This document shows positions 22,811 through 31,216 of a stretch of 32,000 bases of DNA, one piece after another. The stretch lies in assembly GCF_018398935.1 (NCBI RefSeq), contig NZ_CP074694.1, positions 690,001-722,000 of the forward strand. Direction: 5' to 3'. Source of the DNA: Telmatocola sphagniphila (lineage in GTDB: Bacteria; Planctomycetota; Planctomycetia; Gemmatales; Gemmataceae). The notes beneath the pieces are model-generated. The model was given only the letters and a program-made list of their open reading frames with translations, ran no database searches and was not told the DNA's origin. The position numbers and the translations under genes are program-made. Position 1 is the first letter of the stretch; each line of letters opens with the position of its first letter.

Positions 22811-25210
22811 TCAGCCGACGACTCCGCCCGTGGCATTGCGATCATATTTCGAATAGGGCAATCGCACGCCCTTGTAGTACGTTTGATCGGCCATCACGAT
22901 GTTAGTTGGTACCGGCATGGAGGAGACTCCCACCGAACTGACCAGATCGTCTTCATCCACACCGTCACCCGACACACCAAATCCACCGGCCAGAGTCGAT
23001 TTGCCTTGCCAATACTGGTACAGCGGCGAACTGCCGGGGAAGAAGACCACACCGTTCTGATTCTTGGGATTGGCCGTCTGCCGAAAGTTGGTGTGGGGAT
23101 GGAACGAATCATAGCCATAGACGCTTTGGAAAGCGGAGGCGGGCAGTGGCGAGCCCACGGTAAGACCTGTGGCTAAATTACTGCCGCCATCATTGAAAAT
23201 CGAGAAGGGACCCGGCGGGGTGCCATCCACAGCACTCGGGAAGCGCGGCAAGGCCAGATAACGGAAGGTCCGATTGGTAAACGCCGTGCCGGCGGGGATT
23301 CCCGGAACCTGATCGATAGGCTGCAGCTGTGTGGGATCATCGTAGTACATCACGTTTCGGGCCTTGGCTACGGCTATATCCAGAGAGAACACCGTCGCAT
23401 CGGGCATCCGATAGAGGGCGACGACGTTGCCCTCTTGATCCGTGACCGCCAGCACCATTTTGGCGGTGCTGTTCAGCGGCAAACGGATGGCCGAACGTGT
23501 CTGATTGGCTTGATTGATCCCATTGACGATGATCTGCTGCGCTTGGGCACCGGTGATGCCGACGCCGTTATGCGGAAGCACCAGCCATCCGCTCGGAACC
23601 GGCTTGCCCGATAAGTACAAATCACCTCCGGTATCGACCTTCATATCGGTACCTTCGGCGACACTTGTCCCGAGCGTTTGGCCGTAACCGATCAAGGTAT
23701 AAATCCCGTTAACTCCGCCGGGGCCAAAGATATTCAGGGTGATTCCACCGAGACTAATCTGAAGATTGGTGATCTGGGAAAGCGAAGTCACGTTCTCAAG
23801 GGGTACCGAGGAAATTGTTTTGAGGGTCGGCGTCGTGCCGCCCAGGAATGAAGAGGAAACCGCCGCCAGGGCGATATACTCCGCTTGCAGGGATAGATCC
23901 GGCTTATTCGGATTATAAGTCGCGCTCAAACTCGAATTCTCTTCCGTGGCAAATCCGGTCTTACCTGGGAAGAATACCCCGATGCCTCCGACCAGTTCCC
24001 GAGAAGAGCCCCCATAATCTTTGTAAATCGGCACGCCACCGGGGAGCGTGGCGATGCCACGATTCTGAGCCTGCGGAAGAATACCGCTGACATAGCCGTA
24101 AGAGTCGGGCGTCACCAGCGCCTGGCCGGCAGGTACATAATTCGGATCGATATTGAAGCGGTCCGCCGGAACCACTTGGCCGTTCACCACATAGGTGCCC
24201 GCGTTATATGAACTGTCGCGATTCGAGTGTTCGATCCCGAACAAGTCGACTTCAGGCGTATTGGCAATTCCTGGCGGGTAGTGGCCGCCCGATTCGACGG
24301 GGGCGACATAGCCGGGTCCATAAGCCGTGGAGTTTTGATCGGCAATATCGGGATTGGCGTCAACCTCCCTTTGTGTAATGGTGGATTGACTGATGAAGCC
24401 CACCGTACGCGATGTAAGAGGTGCCTGATCGTTCGAGAAATAGGCGGCCGTTCGAGCTAGCGAGACTGCACCATCAATGGCGAATGTCAGTGAGGTCGTA
24501 TTGTCCAGAATGGCCGGATCGACACCCGATTCCACTCGGACTCCGAGGATTGTCCCATTTCTATCCACAATTGCAATGATCGCGTTGTTGCTGCTGGAGA
24601 CTTGCGAAGCCCGTTGGAGAATCGCCTGAACGTCGGTTTGGGTCAGAACCGTGTTGGCTCCATTAGCCGCGACCGTACCGGTCGGATAATTGACCAGAAT
24701 ATTGTTCGTGGAATTGGAAGTAATGGAATCGCTGGGAGTAACTCGTTGAATAGTACTCTGGCCCGCTACGGCTGTAATGCTGTTCGAACCGGTCCCGCCA
24801 ACCACCAGGTTCGATCCCCCGCTGGTCTCGATAGTATTGGCTCCGGCGCCTCCCACCAGTTTGTTTTTTCCGGTTCCCCCGATGATCGTTGTCGGACCGC
24901 CTCCAGCCTGGAACAGTTTGATTCCGGATGTTCCTGTAATCGTGGCCGGTTGAGTCACGCTCTTGGCAATAGAAACCAGATCGTTTCCGGCTCCGGTGTC
25001 CACTTCGATTTTTTGGACCTGGGAATTCTGAAAATAGCTCAGGTGCCCCGACTCCGATACCACAATTCTTCCAATAGCATCCCGGGAAATTAAAATACGG
25101 TCGGCCCCCTCGGTTCCGATGATGGTCAGTAGGCCACTCACGAGCTGGATGGACGAGGCGGGATTTCGCTCGTGAAGAGTTTCAAAGGTTGGGACGATGC
25201 GTTTCCTCAT
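22811..25210 (-). CDS. Large (799 aa) putative exported protein: N-terminal 'FETLHER' motif, nonapeptide beta-roll-like repeats and two split GlcG/HbpS (DUF336)-like modules
   Basis: No Sec signal; the N-terminus is 'MRKRIVPTFETLHERNPASS'. Module 1: 'LTQTDVQAILQRA...AIIAIVDRNGTILGVRV...AVSLARTAAYF' ... 'LPGGVPIYKD...LVGGIGVFFPG'. Module 2: 'ITGAQAQQIIVNGI...MVLAVTDQEGNVVALYRM...DIAVAKARNVMYY' ... 'FFPGSSPLYQ...LAGGFGVSGDGVDEDDLV'. Compare E. coli GlcG 'SIAVADDGGHLLALSRMD...EKARTAA...GGVPVVVDGQIIGAVGVSG'. Confidence 0.6.
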   Translation of the reverse strand: MRKRIVPTFETLHERNPASSIQLVSGLLTIIGTEGADRILISRDAIGRIVVSESGHLSYFQNSQVQKIEVDTGAGNDLVSIAKSVTQPATITGTSGIKLFQAGGGPTTIIGGTGKNKLVGGAGANTIETSGGSNLVVGGTGSNSITAVAGQSTIQRVTPSDSITSNSTNNILVNYPTGTVAANGANTVLTQTDVQAILQRASQVSSSNNAIIAIVDRNGTILGVRVESGVDPAILDNTTSLTFAIDGAVSLARTAAYFSNDQAPLTSRTVGFISQSTITQREVDANPDIADQNSTAYGPGYVAPVESGGHYPPGIANTPEVDLFGIEHSNRDSSYNAGTYVVNGQVVPADRFNIDPNYVPAGQALVTPDSYGYVSGILPQAQNRGIATLPGGVPIYKDYGGSSRELVGGIGVFFPGKTGFATEENSSLSATYNPNKPDLSLQAEYIALAAVSSSFLGGTTPTLKTISSVPLENVTSLSQITNLQISLGGITLNIFGPGGVNGIYTLIGYGQTLGTSVAEGTDMKVDTGGDLYLSGKPVPSGWLVLPHNGVGITGAQAQQIIVNGINQANQTRSAIRLPLNSTAKMVLAVTDQEGNVVALYRMPDATVFSLDIAVAKARNVMYYDDPTQLQPIDQVPGIPAGTAFTNRTFRYLALPRFPSAVDGTPPGPFSIFNDGGSNLATGLTVGSPLPASAFQSVYGYDSFHPHTNFRQTANPKNQNGVVFFPGSSPLYQYWQGKSTLAGGFGVSGDGVDEDDLVSSVGVSSMPVPTNIVMADQTYYKGVRLPYSKYDRNATGGVVG
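24764..24907 (-). repeat. Four to five tandem 9-residue Gly-rich repeats (RTX-like nonapeptides with Asn at position 6) inside the 799-aa protein
   Basis: Residues 102-149 read AGGGPTTII / GGTGKNKLV / GGAGANTIE / TSGGSNLVV / GGTGSNSIT with strict 9-aa periodicity. The RTX consensus is GGxGxDxUx; here position 6 is Asn in four repeats. Confidence 0.5.
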
Positions 25211-25213
25211 GTC

Positions 25214-25230
25214 GAATTGATCGTCAATTC
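25214..25230. promoter_or_regulatory. Perfect 7-3-7 inverted repeat GAATTGA-TCG-TCAATTC abutting the start codon of the 799-aa gene
   Basis: Read directly: gaattga (25214-25220), tcg, tcaattc (25224-25230). It sits 3 nt from the minus-strand ATG at 25210, within the 118-bp divergent intergenic region shared with the outer-membrane protein gene. Its function is not established. Confidence 0.3.
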
Positions 25231-25328
25231 TTCAAGTAATCTTTGGAAAAAGAGAATAATTCATCTAAGAGCGACCGAATGGTCGATACAAGTTAACAGA
25301 TTCGTAGGTAAATCCTCGGAAGCTGCAG

Positions 25329-27197
25329 ATGCGAGTGCCGTTCGTCATTCCGGCTGCGCTGATGATCCTTGCAGGATCGTTCTCTGCAGAAGCCCAGAGT
25401 TCGCAAATTCCTACACAGCCCGAATCGACTGTTACGAATCCGCCGATCCTCGACCGACCTCTGGAAGTGAAACTGGCGGAAACCGAGCCGAAGCAGGCAG
25501 AGCCAAGTTTAAAGCCGGTCGATTACGATCAGCCCGCCGGGTATGCGGGAACAACAAGCGTAAAAAATCGCCATGGGGCGAATGCCGATTTCGAACCGGT
25601 CGAAGATCGGTGGCGGCTCGGCTTACCGGCCTACGACCGGTACAATCGCGGCTTCCCCAATGGAGAGGATTACCTCCATATGCGAGGCAGTCTCCTGGAT
25701 CCTTACAACCAAAATGTGCTGAAAGGCGATTATCCCATTTATGGGCAGCACACATTCCTCAACATTACAGCCACAAACACGATGCTCTTCGAAGGTCGTC
25801 AACTCCCCACGGCAACCACGCCGTTGGAGTCGACCGCGCGGGCGGGAACGACCGATTTTTTTGGCAGACCGAATTCTTTCCTATTCAACAACACTCTGAC
25901 GGTATCTTTCGATCTGTTCAGCGGGGACACTTCGTTTAAACCGCAGGATTGGCGGGTGAATCTCACCCCCGCGTTCAATGCGAACTACTTGAATGCCCAG
26001 GAACTGGGCGTGGTAAATGTGGATGTGCAGAAGGGGACCACTCGCGAACGATCCTGGGCGACGCTACAGGAATGGTTTGCGGAATACAAAATCGCCGACG
26101 TCAGCCCGGAATACGATTTTCTGAGCGTCCGAGCCGGGGCTCAACCTTTCACCAGTGACTTCCGTGGCTTTATCTTCAGTGATACCAATCGAGGTGTTCG
26201 ATTATTCGGCACCCTGGATGGAAACCGGGATCAATACAACCTGGTCTTTTTTCGAATGCTGGAAAAGGATACCAACAGTGGCTTGAATTCGTTTAACGAC
26301 CGCGATCAGACAGTGATTATCGCCAATTACTACCGGCAGGATTTTCTGTTCCCGGGCTATACTGCCGAAGCCAGTGTGCATTACAACAACGACGCACCGT
26401 CCCTGCACTATGACAGCAATGATTTTCTGGTTCGTCCCGATCCGGTTGGTATCTTTCAGCCTCACCGCGTGGAGACGGTCTACCTGGGTTGGGCCGGCGA
26501 TGGACATATTGACCATTTCAATATTTCCCATGCATTTTACTGGGCCCTCGGTACCGACAGCATGAATCCGCTGGCGAATCAGCGGCAGGACATTAATGCT
26601 CAGATGGCCGCACTGGAATTGTCCTACGATCGAGACTGGGCTCGCTTTCGAGTCAGTGGCCTCTGGCAATCCGGGGATGGGAAAATCAACAATAGCCATG
26701 CCACCGGATTCGATTCGATCATGGACGATCCCAACTTTGCCGGCGGCGAATTCAGCTTCTGGCAACGGCAGGCGATACCACTATTCGGAGTCAATCTGAC
26801 CCAGCGAGACAGCTTGTTGGTCGACTTGCGAAGCAGCAAAACACAGGGGCAGGCGAACTTTGTGAATCCCGGTTTGCAGCTCATCAATATTGGCTTCGAT
26901 GCCGACATCACGCCGAAGCTCAAAAGCGTGAACAACGTCAATTTTCTATGGTTCGACAAGACGGCCGTGCTTCAGCAATTTGTGTTTCAGGGGAATATCG
27001 ACCGGGAAATTGGAACCGATATCAGTACCGGCCTGGAATACCGGCCCTTACTATCCAATAATGTAATCCTGCTCGGCGGGGTTTCGACGCTGATTCCCGC
27101 CAACGGTTTTAAACAACTCTACAACGGATTCGGCGGAGCGGATTCCAAAGTAAACCCGCTAATGGCCGCGTTCCTTCAAGTTACCCTGCAGTATTAA
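25329..27197 (+). CDS. Putative outer-membrane beta-barrel protein (porin / alginate-export-like)
   Basis: Signal peptide 'MRVPFVIPAALMILAGSFSAEAQ', then a Pro-rich linker. Long alternating amphipathic stretches are rich in aromatic, Asn, Gly and Asp residues. 'LQEWFAEYKI...LSVRAGAQPFTSDFRGFIFSDTNRGVRLFG' resembles the pattern of AlgE/DUF1302-like barrels. The C-terminus 'AAFLQVTLQY' ends in an aromatic residue, typical of OMPs. Confidence 0.5.
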   Translation: MRVPFVIPAALMILAGSFSAEAQSSQIPTQPESTVTNPPILDRPLEVKLAETEPKQAEPSLKPVDYDQPAGYAGTTSVKNRHGANADFEPVEDRWRLGLPAYDRYNRGFPNGEDYLHMRGSLLDPYNQNVLKGDYPIYGQHTFLNITATNTMLFEGRQLPTATTPLESTARAGTTDFFGRPNSFLFNNTLTVSFDLFSGDTSFKPQDWRVNLTPAFNANYLNAQELGVVNVDVQKGTTRERSWATLQEWFAEYKIADVSPEYDFLSVRAGAQPFTSDFRGFIFSDTNRGVRLFGTLDGNRDQYNLVFFRMLEKDTNSGLNSFNDRDQTVIIANYYRQDFLFPGYTAEASVHYNNDAPSLHYDSNDFLVRPDPVGIFQPHRVETVYLGWAGDGHIDHFNISHAFYWALGTDSMNPLANQRQDINAQMAALELSYDRDWARFRVSGLWQSGDGKINNSHATGFDSIMDDPNFAGGEFSFWQRQAIPLFGVNLTQRDSLLVDLRSSKTQGQANFVNPGLQLINIGFDADITPKLKSVNNVNFLWFDKTAVLQQFVFQGNIDREIGTDISTGLEYRPLLSNNVILLGGVSTLIPANGFKQLYNGFGGADSKVNPLMAAFLQVTLQY

Positions 27198-27209
27198 TGT
27201 GCTATTTGC

Positions 27210-27593
27210 TTAAAGGGCGGCAATCACTTCAATTTCCACCAGTACATCCCGAGGCAGCCGGGCCACTTCAATCGTCGAACGGGCCGGAGGATTTGTCGGA
27301 AAATACCGGGAATAAATCGCATTCACCTTCGGAAAATCGTTCATGTCCTTAAGAAACATAGTCGCCTTCACAACGTCAGTCATTTTCGCCCCAGCGGCGG
27401 TCAACAGAGCCGTGATATTTTCCAGTACTCTCTCCGCCTGAGCTTCGACGCCCCCTTCCACCACGTGACCCGACACCGGATCGAGCGGGATCTGACCCGA
27501 GAGATAGATGAGTTCATTCGCTTTGATTTTGATGCCCTGAGAATAGGGACCAATCGCTTTGGGGGCGCCCGGGGATTCAATTATCGTCCGCAT
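27210..27593 (-). CDS. ridA: RidA / YjgF / UK114 family reactive-intermediate deaminase
   Basis: From ATG 27593: 'MRTIIESPGAPKAIGPYSQGIKIKANELIYLSGQIPLDP' ... 'PARSTIEVARLPRDVLVEIEVIA' is the canonical RidA sequence. The track's 35-aa N-terminal extension is unlikely. Confidence 0.9.
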   Translation of the reverse strand: MRTIIESPGAPKAIGPYSQGIKIKANELIYLSGQIPLDPVSGHVVEGGVEAQAERVLENITALLTAAGAKMTDVVKATMFLKDMNDFPKVNAIYSRYFPTNPPARSTIEVARLPRDVLVEIEVIAAL

Positions 27594-27812
27594 TTCAGAC
27601 TCCAATTCATACAGGTCATCCGGTTTCTGAACAACGAATATTACTCTAGCAACTCTCCGGCTGAAATCCTCCCGGCACGGGAACGAGCCGAACCCCATTT
27701 CGAAAATTTCTCTCTCGTATTACCGGGAGTAGATTAATTTCCGAAGTACAGCAACCGGGCCTTCAACTCATACAATTTCCCGACAGAATTTCGTTTATTC
27801 AGGATGTGAAAG

Positions 27813-29360
27813 ATGGCCGAAAAAAAACAGCAGTCCTCGGCACCCGCCAAAGATGATAACAAGATCACGACCCGGGCCGCCAATTACTCCGAATGGTATC
27901 AGGACATCGTCTATCGGGCAGGGTTGGCCGAGAATTCCGATGTTCGCGGCTGCATGGTCATCAAACCCAATGGCTATGCCATCTGGGAGAACATGCAGAA
28001 AGCGCTCGATGGCCTTTTCAAAGCGACCGGTCACGTAAATGCTTATTTCCCGCTGTTCATCCCCAAATCCTTCTTCTCCAAGGAAGAGCAGATGGCCGAG
28101 GGGTTCGCCAAGGAATGCGCGGTGGTCACGCACTACCGGCTCAAATCGATTCCGGGACAAGGTGTTGTCGTCGATCCGGAAGCCAAGCTGGAAGAGGAAC
28201 TGATCGTCCGGCCCACTTCCGAAACGATTATCTGGAACACTTACCGCAACTGGATCCAAAGCTACCGCGATCTGCCTTTATTGATCAACCAGTGGTGTAA
28301 CGTGGTTCGCTGGGAAATGCGAACCCGATTGTTCCTTCGAACGGCGGAGTTCCTCTGGCAGGAAGGTCATACGGCCCATGCGACCCAGCAGGAAGCGGAA
28401 GCCGAAACGCTACAGATGGTTCGCGTCTACCAGAAGTTCGCGGAAGAGTGGATGGCGATGCCCGTGATCGTCGGTCCCAAAAGCGAAGGTCAGAAATTCC
28501 CCGGGGCTATCTACACTTTGTGTATCGAGGCCATGATGCAGGATGGCAAGGCTTTGCAGGCTGGTACCAGCCACTTCCTCGGTCAGAACTTTGCCAAGGC
28601 CTTTGATGTGACCTTCCAGAACACGGAAGGAAAACGGGAACATGCCTGGGCGACCAGCTGGGGTGTCAGTACCCGCATGATTGGTGGACTGATCATGACG
28701 CACTCCGACGATAATGGCTTGGTTATTCCGCCCCGGTTGGCTCCGACACATGTGTTGATTTGCCCCATGGGTCGAACCGACGAAGAGCGGGCTCCGGCAA
28801 TTGCCGCTGCAGAAAAACTGGCCGCGGAGCTTCGGGCATTACCACGAGAGGACTTCTTCGGTTTCCAGCCGATCAGCGTGAAACTGGATCTCGACTTCAA
28901 GAACTCACCCGGCTTTCGTTTTGCCGAAGGAGAGCTCAAAGGTATTCCCGTTCGCGTGGAACTGGGGCCCAAGGATCTGGAGAAACAGGCCTGCGTTGTG
29001 GCTCGCCGCGATATCCCTGGTAAAGAAGGCAAAACGATGGGAGTGCCGCTGACCGAAGCGGCTTCAAGAATCAGCAACTTATTGCGAGAGATTCAGGCAA
29101 ACCTGTACAACAGAGCCAAAACATTCCGGGATGCGAATATCCGTAGCGCAGATAGTTACGAGCAGTTCAAGGAAATGATCGAACAGCCTGGTTTCATCTG
29201 GGCCCACTGGGATGGCACTCGGGAAACCGAGGATAAGATTTCCGAGGAAACCAAGGCCACGATCCGCTGTATTCCCTTCGACCGGCCACTGGAAGAAGGC
29301 ACGTGCATGGTCACTGGCAATCCTTCCCAGGGTCGCGTTCTCTTTGCCCGATCCTATTAA
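27813..29360 (+). CDS. proS: Prolyl-tRNA synthetase (archaeal/eukaryote-like type)
   Basis: '[39 protein letters not shown]', 'RPTSETIIW', '[24 protein letters not shown]' and '[16 protein letters not shown]' are class II ProRS motifs. A C-terminal zinc-binding-type extension ends 'RVLFARSY'. AGGA lies 8 nt upstream of the ATG. Confidence 0.95.
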   Translation: MAEKKQQSSAPAKDDNKITTRAANYSEWYQDIVYRAGLAENSDVRGCMVIKPNGYAIWENMQKALDGLFKATGHVNAYFPLFIPKSFFSKEEQMAEGFAKECAVVTHYRLKSIPGQGVVVDPEAKLEEELIVRPTSETIIWNTYRNWIQSYRDLPLLINQWCNVVRWEMRTRLFLRTAEFLWQEGHTAHATQQEAEAETLQMVRVYQKFAEEWMAMPVIVGPKSEGQKFPGAIYTLCIEAMMQDGKALQAGTSHFLGQNFAKAFDVTFQNTEGKREHAWATSWGVSTRMIGGLIMTHSDDNGLVIPPRLAPTHVLICPMGRTDEERAPAIAAAEKLAAELRALPREDFFGFQPISVKLDLDFKNSPGFRFAEGELKGIPVRVELGPKDLEKQACVVARRDIPGKEGKTMGVPLTEAASRISNLLREIQANLYNRAKTFRDANIRSADSYEQFKEMIEQPGFIWAHWDGTRETEDKISEETKATIRCIPFDRPLEEGTCMVTGNPSQGRVLFARSY

Positions 29361-29382
29361 TTCGAACTTCACGCCCATCAAT

Positions 29383-29420
29383 AAAAAAACGCGGGAGATC
29401 ACTCCCGCGTTCGCTTTTCT
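29383..29420. terminator. Bidirectional rho-independent terminator between convergent proS and the oxidoreductase gene
   Basis: A7 tract (29383-29389), then stem cgcgggag (29390-29397), loop atca, stem ctcccgcg (29402-29409), then ttcgcttttct. On the minus strand the hairpin is followed by TTTTTTT. On the plus strand a partial T-tract follows. Confidence 0.8.
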
Positions 29421-29429
29421 CTATTACGA

Positions 29430-31154
29430 TCAACCTTCCAGATTGACATCCTTATCGGGCACATCGGACTTGGTGTAATCAAACCAGGCGGGATCGAATT
29501 CAATTCGCTGCCGTTTGCCCATCGACAGGTTGGCAGTCAGAGCCAGAATCGCATCGGCCATGGCCACTTCTCCATGGCAACGCGGCAGGCGCTGTTCGAA
29601 CTTGCCATCCTTCTGGTTGTAACCGATCTTACCATCCCACTTGCGGATGCAGACGGCGAAGTCTTCCATTTCTTCTTTGTAACCGCGCGATACCGGCGGC
29701 CCATCCGAACCGGACACGGAAGAAGATACTGCGGCGGCCGCTGGTCCACCCCAGGTCGATGCCGCGGCCATCACCGGCTTGCCGTCTCCCGCTTTGGCGA
29801 TGGAAACAGCCGTGCCCTTGCCACCGGCGCCCCCACCCGGTTGCGGCTCTTTGTAAACGTAAACGTCTTTTTCCCCTTCGACCAGCATCGTTCCTCGGGA
29901 ACCCATCACCGTTTCACCGTAAGGTTCCAGGCCGTTTGTGCTGATGGAAGAATAGGTAACGACAACGACGTCGTGTTCATCGGTGCCTTTGTTGGCTCCC
30001 TTGGGATGATTCTTTCCCGGAAATTCAAACATCGTGAAGACATGGTCGTCGATTGACCGGTCGTTGCGATTCTGATTTTTACCGAGTATGCCGAAGAAGG
30101 AGTGGGTTCCCACGCCGGTGACTGCGAGGGGCTTCACCTTACCCAGGAAGATGCTGCAGGCGTCGAGCTGGTGACTACCCAACTCGGCCATCAGACCACC
30201 GCCGGTGCGGTTGTACAAGCGCCAGCGAATCAACTCTTCGAAGCTCTTGTAATCGTATTTGCTGAAGGAATCCTTCAGGGCTTCGTAATCATCTTTTGTG
30301 GGTGGGGGGAACCAGCCGTCGCGGAACTTCGGCAGGGTAATACCCGGGGGCGGATCCTTGGGGACATCGGCATCCCAGGTGAAGTTGCGGTGCCACAAAG
30401 CCCGGATGTGCTTAACATCGCCCAGCGTCCCGGACTTGATGATGTCCAGGGCGTGAGCGTAGAGCATGCTGTAATGCCGCTGATGCCCGATTGACAGAAT
30501 CTTACCGGTTTCCCGGGCCGTCTTGATCATGTCTTTGCAGGCCGTGATGGTTCGAGCCATCAGCTTTTCGCACAGGACGTGCTTGCCGCGTTTCATGCAC
30601 TCGATGGCCACGGGAGCATGCAGGTGAAGAGGCAAAGCGATGACGACCGCTTCGATCTCCTTCTCTTTATCCAGCATTTCCTTGTAATCGTCGTACATGT
30701 GCGAGGAAGCAATCTTGTCCGCCTGCTCCCGGCCGTACTTCAGCACGAAGCCTTTTCGCAAAGGAACTTTGGGATCACCTTCGATGATGCGCTTTTTATT
30801 CGAAGGCCGGATATCGCAGCAGGCGATGAATTCGATGTAGGCCGGGTTGTGCTCGCCTAAAAGCACGCCGCCTTCGTCGCCGGCACCGATCAGAGCGGCT
30901 TTCACCGGTTTACCTTCCATGGCTCCGTAACCGAAGTAGACGGCTGCGGAAACCGGCAGCACGGCCCCGGCGGCAAGCGTGGTCTTTAAAAAGCCACGTC
31001 GATTCAATTCGGCTTCATCGAATTTTTCCATGGGTTGCATACTCGGCTTAAGGTTTTGCTTGGCCAGTTCTTCAGTCAGCGAGGCATTGATCCCCTGACT
31101 GACGGCATAGAAATTCTTCTTGCCGTTATCTTTTTCATCGGGTTTTAAAATCAT
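29430..31154 (-). CDS. Tat-exported Gfo/Idh/MocA family oxidoreductase
   Basis: Twin-arginine signal 'NRRGFLKTTLAAGAVLPVSAA'. Rossmann motif 'KAALIGAGDEGG'. 'VLCEKLMA' matches the family EKP-type motif. The true start may be ATG 31040 ('MQPMEKFDEAELNRRGFLK'), which gives a normal-length Tat n-region. Confidence 0.85.
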   Translation of the reverse strand: MILKPDEKDNGKKNFYAVSQGINASLTEELAKQNLKPSMQPMEKFDEAELNRRGFLKTTLAAGAVLPVSAAVYFGYGAMEGKPVKAALIGAGDEGGVLLGEHNPAYIEFIACCDIRPSNKKRIIEGDPKVPLRKGFVLKYGREQADKIASSHMYDDYKEMLDKEKEIEAVVIALPLHLHAPVAIECMKRGKHVLCEKLMARTITACKDMIKTARETGKILSIGHQRHYSMLYAHALDIIKSGTLGDVKHIRALWHRNFTWDADVPKDPPPGITLPKFRDGWFPPPTKDDYEALKDSFSKYDYKSFEELIRWRLYNRTGGGLMAELGSHQLDACSIFLGKVKPLAVTGVGTHSFFGILGKNQNRNDRSIDDHVFTMFEFPGKNHPKGANKGTDEHDVVVVTYSSISTNGLEPYGETVMGSRGTMLVEGEKDVYVYKEPQPGGGAGGKGTAVSIAKAGDGKPVMAAASTWGGPAAAAVSSSVSGSDGPPVSRGYKEEMEDFAVCIRKWDGKIGYNQKDGKFEQRLPRCHGEVAMADAILALTANLSMGKRQRIEFDPAWFDYTKSDVPDKDVNLEG

Positions 31155-31216
31155 GGAGAATGACTCCGGCTAAGTATCGGATCGGATATAGGAGCGGTTC
31201 AACCGCGAACGATAAA

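Noticed and set aside
25172-25939. 255-aa plus-strand ORF spanning the divergent intergenic region and the 5' part of the OMP gene
   Set aside because: It is extremely Arg/Ser/Gly-rich and out of frame with the OMP ORF, which has a proper signal peptide and barrel-like sequence. It is a shadow ORF.
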